Part shown: positions 24,076 to 38,675 of the stretch, one piece after another
Numbering within the stretch: position 1 is the stretch's first letter
Layout: every line of letters begins with the position of its first letter
From: Octopus sinensis
Lineage: Eukaryota
Direction: 5' to 3'
Length of the DNA: 64,000 nucleotides
Assembly: GCF_006345805.1 (NCBI RefSeq)
Contig: NC_042997.1
Span: 78,368,001 to 78,432,000, forward strand
The notes under the pieces: model-generated
What the model was told of the DNA's origin: nothing
Databases searched by the model: none
Seen by the model: the letters and a program-made list of their open reading frames with translations, nothing else
Position numbers and translations under genes: made by a program

Positions 24076-26252
24076 CAGTCATTTTCGTACATTTGTCGTT
24101 CAATTAGATAATCAGGTCATTCAAAGTCGCAAAATAATTAGCGCCATGAAGTTAGTCATTCAAATTCGTTTTTCAATCATTCAATTTCGCACTTCGGTCA
24201 AAGAATTTAGCATTTACATCATGCAAATTAAAATGCCCGTCGAGAACATTCAAGTAAGTCGGAATGAGAGGAAACGTCTTTTCGAGCATTCAAATTCGTT
24301 TCGGGACAATCTCACACTTCGTGCAATCAAATTAGAATGATAGCTGTTTTGGTTTTATCACATGACATTTGTTATCATAATCATGTGTTTTCATCCATTG
24401 TTTATGCTTTAAGCACTCTATCGTGTCCATGTCTTTCCTATGTATTCTTTTATTTTTGCATAGGTACATGTATTTATTAATCGCACTCCAGCATTATCAA
24501 TATTTTTAAAGAAACTCACAATTACAACAAATGCTCATTTTCTTTGATTTTGAATACATTATGTTGTTTAATATATCTTTTTGGGAAAAGTATATATTTC
24601 TTTGAATTTTGGATTTTTTCTTTCATCGGGGAAAGAGTGTTATGTACACTAAGGTAATTATTGATTTACAGTCTTGATAAGGAGAGTTCATTTGAGAGGA
24701 TTTAGCCGTCTATTTCCTGGCGGTCGAGGCATCTCGGAAGGTAAGTCTGGGTGTGTCTATACCAACGAACACAATCTTCTGGAGTGATAGCATGGATGTT
24801 ACACTTTGTGACCCGTTGTATAACGTGCTTCTTCAGCAGCTGCCCGGTCACCAACACCTTGCTGCAACTCAGCTTGAGCGAGGCCCCACTTGACAGCCGC
24901 CTTAAAGGCAGAATGCGCCATTTCTGTACAATTAAGAAACAGCGAGTTGGGAAGTAGGAGTTTCAGACTGATCTGTTGGTCGGCGTCAGCTGGGAGCTCG
25001 GCACGAACGAGTGGCCGCGTGTTGTTGTAGATCAAGTAGACGGATACATCCGCTGGGAACATGTCGGCACATGCTCGGACTGTCTCCGCCAAGAACTCCT
25101 CGAAAGAGTTTCATGTAACGGTATCGTTCGCAATGGAGAGGTGAACCAGGCCGATTTCTTCCGACACCGCGAAAGTGACGTTGCAGTTTTTCCCACGCTA
25201 ACTGTTAACAACCCGGCGAACAGGAACGCCTCAATGGGCTCGTCCAAAGACCACCTGGTCCAAATATTATACCCACATTCATCAATGAATGCGCAATGAC
25301 CCTCTTCCATGAACCAATGCGAGTACTCATAACGCTTTTACAGAGTTCTTGAGGCATTTCTTGCATCTGAGACGTCTTCGGCCAACTTCATAGTTATCAA
25401 CATCCCATCTAGAGCTCGTGAGATTGCAGACACAGAAACAGGTGGCTTTCCGGGTAATGCTTACTCTAAGTCCCTCTTCATCTGTTGACGGGTTGCGAGT
25501 GGGTTGGCATCAATAATCACCTGAAGCCCGGTTCGCATTTCCTCATCAACCTTAACGTGGTGGGCACCACTTCCGGGTAACTTGTGGTGCTTCCCAGGCC
25601 ATCGGTAGGTTGCTACTATGGATCGAGCAGTGCTCCTTTTAATACCAAGTGTATCTGCTAGTAGCAGGTAATCGGTTTGATGCCCCTCGAAGGCATCAGC
25701 TAGCTTTGCCTTTTCTGCGTCCGATATACGCATCTACCTTACGTGTAGCTCGATGATTACAAGTTGCTGTAAGAGAAAGGGACGTCATTTAAATACAACT
25801 GATACCGACCGGTTACGAATGTTGCAATGAAAAAGATTTTCGTGGACAGAAGAATCACGAAATTCATTTCTTCCTTGTAGCTATAACAACATGATAAAAT
25901 TTGCATGACAAAACACGTCATTTAAATTTATCATTTTTAATATTCATTTCTAAGAATGTGAGTAAGAACACACATATAAAATTAGTGCTAAATTGAATAA
26001 ACTTATTCCGAACTCGAATGCTCACGTGCGAATTTGAATGCTCGAAAAGACGCTTCCTCTCATTCCGACTTATTTGAATACTCTCGACGGGCATTTTAAT
26101 TTGAATGGTGTAAAAGCTAAATTCTTTGACCGAATTGCGAAATTGAATGATCGAAAAAGGAATTTGAATGACTAACGTCAAGGGGTTAGATTTTTTCGCG
26201 ACTTTGAATGACCCGATTATCAAATTGAATGACAAACGTATGAAAATGACTA
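24076..26252 (-). mobile_element. IS630-Tc1-mariner DNA transposon (DDE type) with about 225-bp TIRs and a frameshifted transposase
   Basis: TA|CAGTCATTTTC..GAAAATGACTA|TA. TIRs ~24076-24300 and ~26030-26252. HTH ORF 25461-25733, plus FIDECGYNIW and LIYNNTRP..LLPNSLFLNCTE. Confidence 0.9.
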
Positions 26253-27570
26253 TAATAAAATATTAATTAAAATAATCGAGTATCAAATTTAATATGTATT
26301 GGTGTTATTTAGCGCTACTCCATACTTATATAGGAGCTGATCTGGTGGAAAAGAAGACTCTATAAGGATAAATATTACAAAAGATCAATTAATTGTAACA
26401 TATCTAGGTAAATATATTGGTTGTAGAATAAAAGCTACATTTTTAATAAGTTAAGACTCTGATCAGATTCCTTTCCAAGATATAAGTTGCTAACTTGTTA
26501 AATAAGTGAAAAAGGGACAAAAAAAAAAGGTAAATCCCTACAAAACCGAAATTTATTTCTGGTCGACGTCTTGAAGTTTCCCCTATTAAATCAAGACAAG
26601 AGTATTTATAGACATCTTTAGATGTTTCTATGCTGAAATAAGACGTAGTCTCTAATGTACCAAAATGTTAACCCTTTGAAGAATTAATACTTATCGAAAA
26701 TTCGAAAATGCATTTACTTGTTAGAATAATATGGATATTGTTTTCTTTACACAAAACACAAGTGCTACATACTCTTAAGCAAGAAATTAGTACTTGTAAC
26801 AATTATGCTAATGACGCCACTGCAACCAAACTAAATCAAGCACTCCTATTTCTTCATTTGTTTCAGCTGTGGCAAAGCCTAGATTTCTCATTGCGTTATG
26901 GGTACGACAGTTAACCTACTTCCTTTTCAACCGGTAGTCACCTATTTCCTTACCAGAGAGAAAATTATAATATTCTTGAAGTATGACAAACAAAAAACGA
27001 AACTGGTCTATTTACAACTCAATGCTGTAGATAAAAAAAAAATGTTGAATCGCAACAAATCCGTTACTTACAATGCGACAATTTTGTTCCGTTCTAATTA
27101 ATGTTTAGGAAGTATGCAAGAAGGTAAATGTGAGGCAAACTGGCTAGAATATACTGCATGCATGAATAATTCATTTAGAATAGTTTTTCATGATTTTTAA
27201 AGAAATATTTACCGAATAAGTTAAGTTAATTGGCACTGTAAATATTTTTTTTCCAATGTCATTATGTTGCTATTTCCCGTAGTCTCTTAAAATTCGCCCT
27301 CAAACAGATCATATAAAGTTTCTGTTGATGATTCTCTATTGGCATAAACACAATATTTTATTTACTTAGTGGCGGTCGGTGACTGTAATGCTATGTCGAG
27401 CTCCTCCTAAGATGAGATTACATTTAAATTGTTAAACATTTTTATCACAGATAAAAATAACAAGCAAAGAAAGACTTCCTGTAATTTGGGATGCAAACTA
27501 GGAAGTAAAAGTGAAAGAGCGAGCATTGTTTGTGTGTGTGTGTGTGTATGTGTGCGTGCGCGTGTGTGTA

Positions 27571-27611
<41 letters not shown>

Positions 27612-27759
27612 AGAGGGGAGAAAGGAAATGCATGTATATATGTATATATATATATATATGAATATATATGTGAATATATATACACACATACACGCATGTA
27701 TGTTTCTATGTACGTTTATGCTTAAGATATATCATTCTTGTATGTACATACATACGTAC

Positions 27760-27870
27760 TACGTGCGTGCGTGTGTGCGTACGTGCGTGCGTGCGTGCGT
27801 ACGTGCGTGCGTGCGTACGTGCGTGCGTGCGTACGTGCGTGCGTGCGTGTGTGTGTGTGTGTGTGTGATA
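27760..27870. repeat. (CGTG/CGTA)n plus (TG)n alternating purine-pyrimidine tract
   Basis: Read directly from the sequence. Confidence 0.9.
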
Positions 27871-28354
27871 CTCATGTGAGTGGCGACAAACGTAAACACG
27901 TATGAATGTACTTTTAAAGCGTGATTACAAATGTAACATTTTCGAAAAGAAACAAAAGAGAGTAAGCGCTATATTTTGCATGCCATTTTTTATCAATAAA
28001 TTTAATTGTTGTATGTATTAGATCCTAAAAAGACGACTGCATATATATTCATAAAATCAGTCGAACGAGTTGGATGATGATCACTGCTCTTAAGGGAGTG
28101 TGACATGGAAAATTGAATGCCACCAATGTTATAAATAAGCTTTTTCCCAAGTGGCACATTTGTACTTGAAAATTAAAACGGTCTCCTTTGGTATATTAGT
28201 ACAGTATTTGCTTTCTGTGCTGCTAAAGTTTGAGTCAACGGCTGTAAACAATCAAGAACGGACTAGGGTTCCACTCATGATGTGTCTTTTGCATCTCAAC
28301 GTAATAATAATAGTTGTTGTTATTATTATTATTGTTGTTGTTGTAGTTGTTGTT

Positions 28355-28745
28355 ATTGTACCTATTTCTTCTCTCCATCTGTCCAAATCTTTTGGGATTG
28401 TTCCTAATGCGCCTATAGCTACAGGGATACATTTTGTTCGCACTTTCCATAGCCTCTGCATTTCTATGGCTTTGCTGTTTTCTCTATACCTCTCATATTT
28501 ACTTTCTCATCATTTGGGACTGTAAAGTCAAATGCCTGGCATTTTCTATTCTCTTTGTCTACTACTACTAAATCAGGCCTGCTAGCTTCTATTACTCTGT
28601 CAGTCTGAATATCAAAATCACACATTTTATATTTCTTTTTTTCTAACGTTTTACTAGATTTATATTCATACTATTTGATCAAACCTTAGTTTCCTACATA
28701 ACTCCATGTGTATTATTCTCCCAAGGTTGTCATGTATTTTCTATT
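28355..28745 (-). mobile_element. R4/Dong-clade LINE 3' fragment (restriction-like endonuclease domain)
   Basis: HDNLGRIIHMELC, DFDIQTDRVIEASRPDLVVVDK..FDFTVP and CIPVAIGALGTIPK, abutting (TAA/CAA)n. Confidence 0.8.
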
Positions 28746-28759
28746 ATTTTTATTACTAT

Positions 28760-29225
28760 CGAGTGAGAGAGCAGTGCATGCCCTCGAAGTGAGACTGGGG
28801 TACAAATACACGAATCATAACTACCCATCTGATAAGGGTATACCAGGTACATGCATCACAACCATATGTGCGCAACATGGTGATCTCATATCGAGATAAA
28901 CAACGCATGGCCTTGCAGGTGGGGTCCAGTTAGAATTTTCTCCAGGCCGAGTAGCCCATCCTGCTCAAAAGTTTCTTGAATAAAGATTGTTTGAGGATGA
29001 TGAATGAAACACCCATGTTTCCAGAGGTGAATTATTCAAATTCCAAATAATTCCTCCCAGTACATGGCTATGATGCACCCCCACTACTTCTGCTCATGAT
29101 CAGAGAAGCACATATCATCAGCTACTAAGAGACATGCTCAACTGGTTATGGTCGAGCAAGTGACAAGCAAATCTGTGGTATTGAGCAGAATATTTCCTGC
29201 AGCCCATCCTTTATACCAAGACAAA
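28760..29225. mobile_element. About 450-bp dispersed repeat, copy 1 (copy 2 at ~29830-30280), adjoining (ATT)n
   Basis: The two copies align from gagtgagagagcagtgcatg to gcccatcttttatac. Confidence 0.8.
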
Positions 29226-29234
29226 ATGTAGCTG

Positions 29235-29383
29235 TGTGATAAGTAGATTGCTTACGAACCACATGGTTCCGGGTTCAGTCTCACTGCGTGGCACCTTGGG
29301 CAACTGTCTTCTACTATAGCCTCGGGTCAACCAAAGCCTTGTGAGTGGATTTGGTAAACGGAAACTGAAAGAAGCCCGTCGTA
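29235..29383 (+). mobile_element. SINE family A, 5' half
   Basis: accacatggttccgggttcagtctcactgcgtggcaccttgggcaa..gaagcccgtcgt. Confidence 0.8.
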
Positions 29384-29750
29384 GTCCCCTTCACACCGTC
29401 ATCGTCATTAAGCACAACTTTCGTATTTCCCACTTCAAATCGTCGTAATTGTTCTATTCTTCTTTTTTCACTTTGATCCTGTTGTCACCCGGACACGCTA
29501 TGTCGGTTATCATGCATGTTCTTTCGTTTTTTAAAATTATTATTATTATTTTTCCATCTTTCTTCAAATTTTCTTCCATTTCTCGCCGAGTGTTTTCCGT
29601 ACACCTAGGGCAGAGAAGCTTATTGTATGCATACTCAGACTACACGCGGAAATCCACAGGTAAAATATGCATTTAAAAAAGTTAATAAATAAATAAATTC
29701 ATGAATGGATGTTGTTTTCACAGCGATAATGCTCTATTATTATTATTATT

Positions 29751-29807
<57 letters not shown>

Positions 29808-29829
29808 ATTGTTATTATTATTATCGTTA

Positions 29830-30280
29830 TTGAGTGAGAGAGCAGTGCATGTCATCATAGTAACACTGGGGTAAAATATGCGAAGCCCAGTATACCCATC
29901 ATGACTACCCGTCTGATAAGGATACACCAGGCACATGCATCACAACCATATGTGCGCGACATTGTGATCTCATATCAAGATAAACAGCGCATAACCTTGC
30001 AGGTGGGGCCCAGTTAGAATTTTCTTCTGATCGAGTAGCCCATCCTGCTCAAAAGGTCCCCGAATAAGGATTGTTTGAGGATGTTTCCAAAGGTGAAGTA
30101 TCCAAACCTCTAAGACTTCCTTTTAACACACGGCTATGATGCTCACTCACTACTTCTGTTCAAGATCAGAGATGCACACATCGTCAGCCACTAAGGGACA
30201 TGCTCAACTAGTTAAGGTCAAACAACTGACAAGCAAATCCGGGGTATTGAGCAGATTATTTGCTGTAGCACATCTTTTAC
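29830..30280. mobile_element. About 450-bp dispersed repeat, copy 2
   Basis: Homologous to 28760-29225 and flanked by (TTG/ATT)n and (CTA)n. Confidence 0.8.
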
Positions 30281-30295
30281 TACTACTACTACTAT

Positions 30296-30333
<38 letters not shown>

Positions 30334-30361
30334 TTATTATTATTATTATTATTATGAGTGG

Positions 30362-30745
30362 AGGCGCAATGGCCCAGTGGTTAGGGCAGCGGACTCGCTG
30401 TCATAGGATCGCGGTTTCGATTCCCAGACCGGGCGTTGTGAGTGTTTATTGAGCGAAAACACCTAAAAGCTCCACGACGCTCCGGCAGGGGATGGTGGTG
30501 ATCCCTGCTGTACTCTTTCACCACAACTTTCTCTCACTTTTACTTCCTGTTTCTGTTGTACCTGTACTTCAAAGGGCCGGCCTTGTCACTCTCTGTGTCA
30601 CGCTGAATATCCCCGAGAACTACGTTAAGGGTACACGTGTCTGTGGAGTGCTCAGCCACTTACACGTTAATTTCACGAGCAGGCTGTTCCGTTGATTCGG
30701 ATCAACCGGAACCCTCGTCGTCGTAATCGACGGAGTGCTTCCACA
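30362..30745 (+). mobile_element. tRNA-derived SINE family C
   Basis: A box TGGCCCAGTGG and B box GGTTTCGATTCC in a tRNA-like head, followed by an unrelated 300-bp body, so it is not a tRNA gene. Confidence 0.8.
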
Positions 30746-33700
30746 CATTATTATTATGATTATTATCATTATATGAAAACAGCTTATTTTGCTGGGTCCG
30801 CAGCCAGAAGAATAAGGTGACACCTGTTTACTGGACATATTTCAAGAACCCTGAGAAGAATTCTTGCAGTTCCAAGCAATGCTGATTTTTGTAGGTGTTC
30901 TACCTTCACACTTGCACCGATATTTTTCAGCCATGTTGGTAGTTGTGTGCTGATACTTCCAAGTGCACTAATTACTATTGGTATCATGTATACTCTCTTC
31001 AGTGACCAAAACTTTGTATATTCCACTTCAAATCGTCATAGTTGTTTATTGTTTCTTCTTTCACATTGATCCTGTTGTCACTGGCGCATGCTATGTCGAT
31101 TATCATACATGTTCTCTCTTTTTTACTCACCACAACAATGTCCAGTTTCCGACGTCTGGTCAGGTGATCGCACTGGATTTTGCAATTCTCATTTTCTGGA
31201 ATTTTCTCATGCCACGTCTTTGCTCTTTGTAGGCCATGATTTCCACAGAGCTCCCAATGGATCATTCTTACCCCATTGTCATAGCGTCTTTTGTATTCGT
31301 GTTGTGCCAATTTCGGGCATTCACATGTGCCATGCCGTTTCAACCCTCTCACCACACATTCTACATTTGTCGATATCGATAGTGTTGTCTATACTGCACT
31401 TCATATAATTGGTCCTTAGCATTTGTTCCTGAGCTCCGCATATGAGTGCTTCTATCTCTATCTTCAGGTCACTCCTCCTCATCCATAGCCACCGGTCCTC
31501 TATATCTGTCTTGGCGTTCACTTCTCTTGCAAACTGACCGTACATTTTCTTTTCCTTCCATGCTTTTTCGTTTTTGTTTCTTTTTGTTCATTTCTTGTTT
31601 AAAATTTTCTTTAGTTACACAGTTGTCAGTTTTGATGATGCTGGACTTCTTCATGTGTTTCACAGTGGCTCCACAGCATTTTTTCTATACCACCCTAAGC
31701 TGTTTTCCTCTGCTTCGATACAGTCCTCGCAACTGCTCAAACCTCTACCACCCTTTCTTTTGGACAAGTACAGCCTATCGGTGTCACTATTAGGGTGGAA
31801 GGATCCGTATGCTGTCAACATTTTTCTGGTCTTGGTATCCATTTTCTTCATTTCTTTCTTTTGCCATTTTATAACTCCCGCTCCATACAGAAGTGATGCT
31901 ATCACCCACGTATTAACTGTTTGGATTTTATTTTATCCAGTCACTTTTGAGTGCAACACCAACCTCAGCTATCGGAAATACTCCATCCTCAGTTCCTCTT
32001 TCATTTTATTCTCCATTATCTAGTTGAACTTTAGTACACCGAGGTATTTGCATCCTTTCGTTTCAATTTGCTTAATCAAGTCTATATTCGGTAATTCTAT
32101 CCGTGCTAGGCACTGTACTTTGTCTCTTTTTAGGCAGATTATTCCGCACTATTCCAATATCGTACTAAAACAGTGGACCGTGTTCACTAAGAAATCATTT
32201 GTGTCTCGTGTTCGCCATACAGTTTCAAATCATCCATGAAGAGGAGGTGGTTGACTGTTTGGGATTTTCCCTTTAGTTGGTACCCCAGGTTCATTTTCCT
32301 AAGTATCACGGTTAGGGGTATCATGCAGAGTATGAAAAGCAACGGAGATAGGCTATCAGCCTGGAAAATCCCTATTCTGATACCCAGGGTACCCAACCTT
32401 TATCCATAAGATGTCAGTTCAGTTTTCCATCCCACCATACTTCCCTTTAGGAAACACATTATATTCCTCGCAATTCCAAACAGATCTAAGCATTTGATGA
32501 TCCACGAATGTGAAATCATATCACAAGTTTGCGATAGTTAATCCAGACCATTCCCAGATCTGTTCTCCTTCGTTTACAATCTTGCATTATCATTATGTCT
32601 ATCAATAGTTGATCTTTCGCACCTCTGTATCTCCTTCTGCAGCCTTTTTGTTCCGGCAGTAATATATCATTCTCATCAAGAAATTTTTGCAGTTCTTCTG
32701 CAATTCCTCCTGACAATAACTTCCACTTTAATGGGAGGCAGGAGATTGGTCTGTAATTGTCAGCAGCATTTCCGTTTGATGCATCCTTCAGACACAAAAC
32801 CGTTCGTCAACCAGCCCGGATTTTTTTCCTCCATTGATAATGCATTAAATTGCTCTGCGATCAATTTATGTTAAATACTGAATTTTTGTATCCCAAATTC
32901 CTGTACACCATCAGGTCCCGCAGCTGTCCAATTGCTTATCTTTTGACTCATATTTCTGATAATGTCTTCTGTGAAGTGGATAGCTTCTTGTCGGGAATAA
33001 GAAGCTGTTTGCTTCAGTCTGTAGAGACATTCACATGTAGACTTATGTTGTTCTTGCTTACCTCATATCTTACCCCAGCTAAATCGACTTTCATCAGCAT
33101 TAGGGACTAATCTTTCACGTTTTTTATCGTCATTAATCTCTTGGTAAAATCTTTCCTGGTCGGTTCTATAAAATTTCGCTGATTTTACAACAATCTGTTT
33201 TGCTGGCATTACTTAATCCGTTGTTCAAACCTAGTTAGCTTTGCTTCTTTTGCATGTATGCGCTGCTTCAGTTCTTCAACTACAACATTCAGGCCTTTTG
33301 TATCTACACCATACTTCTTCCTAACATTTTCGAATTTCCATTCATTCTGAAGTTCTCCATTTCTTTTCCTGGCAAGTATTGACGCTACACTGTTCAAGGA
33401 GTTCATATCTTCTGAAATTCTCCTCTTCCATCACGGTTGTTTATTTTCTCGTCTATCCGTCGCTGTTCTGTTCTCAGTAGTTCTCAGTCCTATCCTTTCT
33501 GCCACAATCCTACTAGCAGCCTTGATAAGATTATTTGTTTGTGTGATGTTCTTTGTTTCAACGTGTCTCAGTAAATTATTGACCTTATTCGCCTCCTGAT
33601 TTAGCTTCCATTGGTTAGCCTTCTTAAAGTCGTACATAAATTCTGTCCCTTCTGTATTTAATAGATCCAAAATTCTGTCTATTATTAATCAATATTCATT

Positions 33701-34345
33701 GTTTGAGTAGTCACCGATCTCAATTCTTTCACAATTCACGGTATATATTCTTTCGAACAATTGTTCATTTCAGAAATTCTCCTCTTCCGCCACGGTTGTT
33801 TATTTCCTCTTCTATCCGTCTTTCATTTCTCGCATGCCCAGCCTCACCCGATATCCTTCTTTTAATAGCTTCTAGCTCCAATTCTGTTAACCATCCAATC
33901 CTTCGTATTGATCTTGCTTGGTCACACAATCTCTGTTCAATAATTTCGAACAGTTCCATTGCCATCCATTCACTGTGCATTCGTTTTCTGAAGTGCTCCG
34001 GTAGTAACACTCCATAGCCATCATGTTTACTTGTTTAATCCACTTATGTCTTGTAGTATGGCTAGCAGTTGCTGGATTACGACCGGGCCCACTCTACTAC
34101 ACAGTGGAACACTTGTCGCTTGTGGCACCTTCACCATTGGTTGCAGTCCCCTTCACACCGTCATCGTCATTTATTTTGCTTGGCATTGTAACTCGGGACA
34201 CCATCTCTATCAAGGTAGTCTGCCAAGGTAGCAAGGCCCTAGATCCCCACGTTTCGAACTCAGAGTGTTCCTTCTCCTAGGCTGCTTGCCATCCAAGGCT
34301 AACGAATACAACATACACGGTTATTTGAAGGCGCCAGTTACTCAC
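30746..34345 (-). mobile_element. Near full-length decayed R4/Dong-clade non-LTR retrotransposon (RT, Zn knuckle, REL endonuclease) with a (TAA)n tail
   Basis: [103 protein letters not shown], with many frameshifts. Confidence 0.92.
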
Positions 34346-34490
34346 CTTTTCCCACTCTTCTCCTGCTGGTTTGGCGAAATCATTTCATAAATAACCGAAA
34401 CCCTCGAATCAATCACTGTACACACACATACACACACACACACACACACATACACGTACACAGTCGAATATCTATGTATTTATGCATATA

Positions 34491-34600
34491 TGTACCCACA
34501 CGTGTCCGTGTGTATAGGTACACCATGATCTATACACACGTAGACGTTTGAGTGCGTATAGATCAGTGCGTACCTATACACGTGGACACGTGTGGTTACA
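34491..34600. repeat. About 110-bp imperfect hairpin
   Basis: tgtacccacacgtgtccgtgtgtataggtac..tgatctatac pairs with gtatagatca..gtacctatacacgtggacacgtgtggttaca. Confidence 0.75.
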
Positions 34601-35803
34601 TTTATACACAAATACATACATACATACATACATACATAAATACATACATAGATATGTTACTGTGTAAGTGTGTGTGTGTCCCCCACAAAGCAATGTGAAA
34701 ATATAACCCAAATTACAAGCCATAAATTGTCATTGGGGATGGGACTAAGGATAACCTTAGACAGCAACCCCAGAAACAAGGTAACGGGAACAAAACCTAG
34801 CATCATACAGCTGAAATAAGAAATGACAAAGAAAATAAACCAAAGAAAGCTGGATCTTCTAAACATTTGTTTCTGGCATAATTAGTCACTAAACTCTTTA
34901 CAACCATACTTCCATTACACAACATAACAACTACCAGTGCCATACATCATATAAACACATCAAACCTTTTCCCAAAATTAAGCACAAACGCAAAATTTGG
35001 GGGGAAAAGACAAATCACAATACTCAAGATGCAAACCTTCTACTTAGACCATGAGTATCACTCCTAATTTCTGTTAAATAACAGTAAAAAATAATAATGA
35101 AATAATGAAATGAAAAAGAATAAGCAAGATTCTTTAAAGACCAACACCTCTGTGGAATTCGAACTAAGGGCAGAAAGATCAATACAAAACAATGTAATAC
35201 ATCATCATTGATTAATACATTCCTATGTAGGCCCCAAAATCATTGCGAGAAACTATTAACAAACAACAAAGGTGAAGAAAAGGCACACTGCGTATAATTT
35301 GAGTGTACAATTCTCAAAATGAAAGACTCCTAGTCTCTTGACGAGCACTTTCAGTTGCAACAGTACATTCCAACCCTCCAACTCCCTATGATATGTTCAA
35401 ATATCTCCAAACACCAAGACGCATATCTAGCCCCAGATCTCTATTACAAGTCCAATTTCCTCCGAATATAACTACATATATGCATTCGTACAACGCTATT
35501 AGTACTTTATCACAAAACAAGGCGACTATTATATAGAACGTTGAATAAAATAACTCATTTTTTTAACTTATGTATATTCATGTATAGTTGCAAAGAGCTT
35601 TCCCTTAATCAACCCAGTTATAGTGAGTATACATACGCGCGCGTGCGCATGGAGCGATCGGAGGAGTGAGACAGAGAGGCATGTAGCGAGAAACCCAACT
35701 TTGATATTCATTTAGATATGTACTTTAAGCCATAATATGGATTTAGCGGACAGTATAATAGGGACACATTCACACACACACATACATAAACACACACATA
35801 CAT

Positions 35804-35943
<140 letters not shown>

Positions 35944-36099
35944 AGGCCGGGATGTGGCTGTGTGATAAGGTTACTTCGTAACCACATGGTTTTGTGTTCA
36001 GTCTCACAGCGTGGTACTTTGGGCAAGTGTCTTCTGCACTCGGGCCAACCATAGAGTTGTGAGCAGCTTTGGTAGACGGAAACTAAAAGAAGCCCGTCG

Positions 36100-36152
<53 letters not shown>

Positions 36153-36335
36153 CATTGCTTGACAACCGGTGTTGGCGTGTTTACTTCCCCGTAATTCAGC
36201 AGTTTGGCATAGGGCCGATAGAGTAAGTACTTGGTTTAGAAAAAATATATGTACTAGGGTCGATTCATTCGACTAAAAACTCTTCAAAGCGGTGCCCCAG
36301 CATGGCCGCAATCTAAAGACTGAAACAAGTAAAAG
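35944..36335 (+). mobile_element. SINE family A, full-length copy with internal (TA)n(TG)n
   Basis: Head, microsatellite and tail as in 5286-5742. Confidence 0.8.
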
Positions 36336-36529
36336 ATAATAGATAGCGAGAGAGAGGGGGGATACATACATGCATACATACATTATTATAATTGAGCTTA
36401 TGCTTGTCTATGCTTGTTACCAAAACAGTGTCAACCCTGCTAGTCACCATTCCCAAAACATTCCCAAAACAATTCCTATACCAACCACATCAATGAAGGA
36501 CTGAGGCAGAAAGTGCAAGAAAGAGAGAG

Positions 36530-36582
<53 letters not shown>

Positions 36583-37393
36583 CACTTCAAATCACACCTT
36601 GAGGTAAAGTATATATTGGATAAGAGTCCCTGATGTACAAACAGATGGGATGGTCACAGGTGAAATGCCTTTCATCATATGCGTGTTCGTTTAGAGCTGA
36701 CCTGAGACTAAATAATCACTGCCAAGTTTACTTCGAACTAGCGAATTAAACTTAGGGAGAAATTTGGCTGCTATTTCTAGCATCTAAAATTTTCTCAAAT
36801 CAAACTTTACTCTCTTAAATTAGAATAGTAAGAGAAAACTATCCGGTGGGAGGTGTTTCTCATAGTGTATGTATTTAGATAGGTATGCACGTATGTGTGA
36901 ACGTGAATATGTTTTATATGCAATTGATATATACACGTTTATATAGATACATACACATACACTTATACAACCACATGTGTATGATTATGTGCTTGTATGT
37001 GCGATAATATTTGGCTGCTTTGCAGATTAAATAGTTAGTACCAACCTGGTTTATATATTTCATCTTTCTATCTCTTTTCTCCACCTTTCTCTCTCTCTCT
37101 CTCACACTCTTTCTCTCTTTCTTTCGTGCGCGCGCACTTGATATTCCATTCTATCTTATACTCTTTCTCTAACCTTTCTCTCACTGTATCTCTTAGAACG
37201 AGAGATAAAGAGTGTGAAAGACAGAGAGTGATAATGAAGAGGAGTTTGTGTCTGTTGGGTGTGTGTATGGGTGCCTGTGTATACCTTTGTAGCGTTTTCC
37301 TTCCATCTTAATCATGCGCTATATGTCTTTCGCGCATGCAGTTACAGACGTACATAAAGAGAATGTGAGCAAAGGGTGAAGAGAAAGAAAAGA

Positions 37394-37424
<31 letters not shown>

Positions 37425-38047
37425 AATTATTATTCCCATGCATCGAAGAGAAAAAAGGTGCACAGCTGTTTTATATATTTAGCAAATTGGTTGCCACTCG
37501 TTTTTATCAAGGTGTTCTAAGGCTAACACAACGCCCCCTACCATCGAAGTAAACTAAATAAAGAAAGAAGAGAAAAACTAAATGAAACTAGATAACTATT
37601 AGAAACAAAAAACCTTTGCTTACAAATATAAAAAAAATAAAACGGGGAAAGTTATTAAGATGAAATGAGATGTCAGAGACCTCAGAATGACTGTATTCTC
37701 CTGCAGAGAAAGTGAAATATTTCCTTCTTGCACTTTGAGAATACTCACCTAAATTACCCTGCCTTCAATTAAGTCCCAATGGATATTTTAAAACCCATAA
37801 GTGAAGGAGAAGATAAATGCGTTTCTCCTGACAGAGAGAAATAAAGAGAAAGAGAATAAAATGTCTAGGTTTCATCTTACATAAACCTAGGAAAGTGAAC
37901 AGGCATACCTGCATTTGTGATGTGTATGCGCGTGTGTGTGCTGTTTGTGTGTATGTGTTTGTATATATGTATGCAGGTATATATGCAAATATGCTTACAT
38001 CTATATACGTATATATATATATATATACACACACATACACACACATG

Positions 38048-38081
<34 letters not shown>

Positions 38082-38629
38082 GGCAACCAAAAGTGTACGT
38101 ACGCCGATATATGTATAGGAAAAAAAACAAAAAATGGAACAAGAACGTAACAGGCGACAACAAAACATCCGGGCATTTAGACGATACAAAAAAGGACAGG
38201 AAAAAATTAGGATAGGTCATTCGGAGCTTTCTTTCGTCAGTCGAGTTCCAGATCTTTGCAGCAGTTTCGGCCGGTTACAATCGAGACTGCTCTAATCTGG
38301 CTGACCCAAGAAAATCTAAGCTAAGAGTACTAGATTCTTTGGAAGAAAGCAAGCGAATGCATACGAAAACAAGAACGAAAAGAACGGCGAAATGGTACAC
38401 AAATACAAATTAGAATGAATAGCCATTTTTCACAAAGAGATTATCAACTTATTACACTTTGTAGTTTATACAGCTATGGCCCAGCTAAATTGGTCGATCT
38501 GATTTACATAAGAGGGTATTTGTTGAGAAGTTGAAGCTTATCCATTCATTCGTCCTGCACTACACATTGTTTTTAGACAAGCTGAAATAATATATTATAT
38601 TATACTATATTATATTATATTATATTATA

Positions 38630-38675
<46 letters not shown>

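Noticed and set aside
30362-30435. tRNA-like sequence with A and B boxes
   Set aside because: It is a SINE head: no proper acceptor stem or terminator, and it continues into a repeat body.
34200-34345. Possible HDV-like ribozyme at the 5' end of the Dong element
   Set aside because: I could not build the nested double pseudoknot by hand. An HDV descriptor search is needed.
34660-35560. A/C-rich segment with NVI..YVG resembling GIY-YIG
   Set aside because: There are multiple stops and no second supporting motif.
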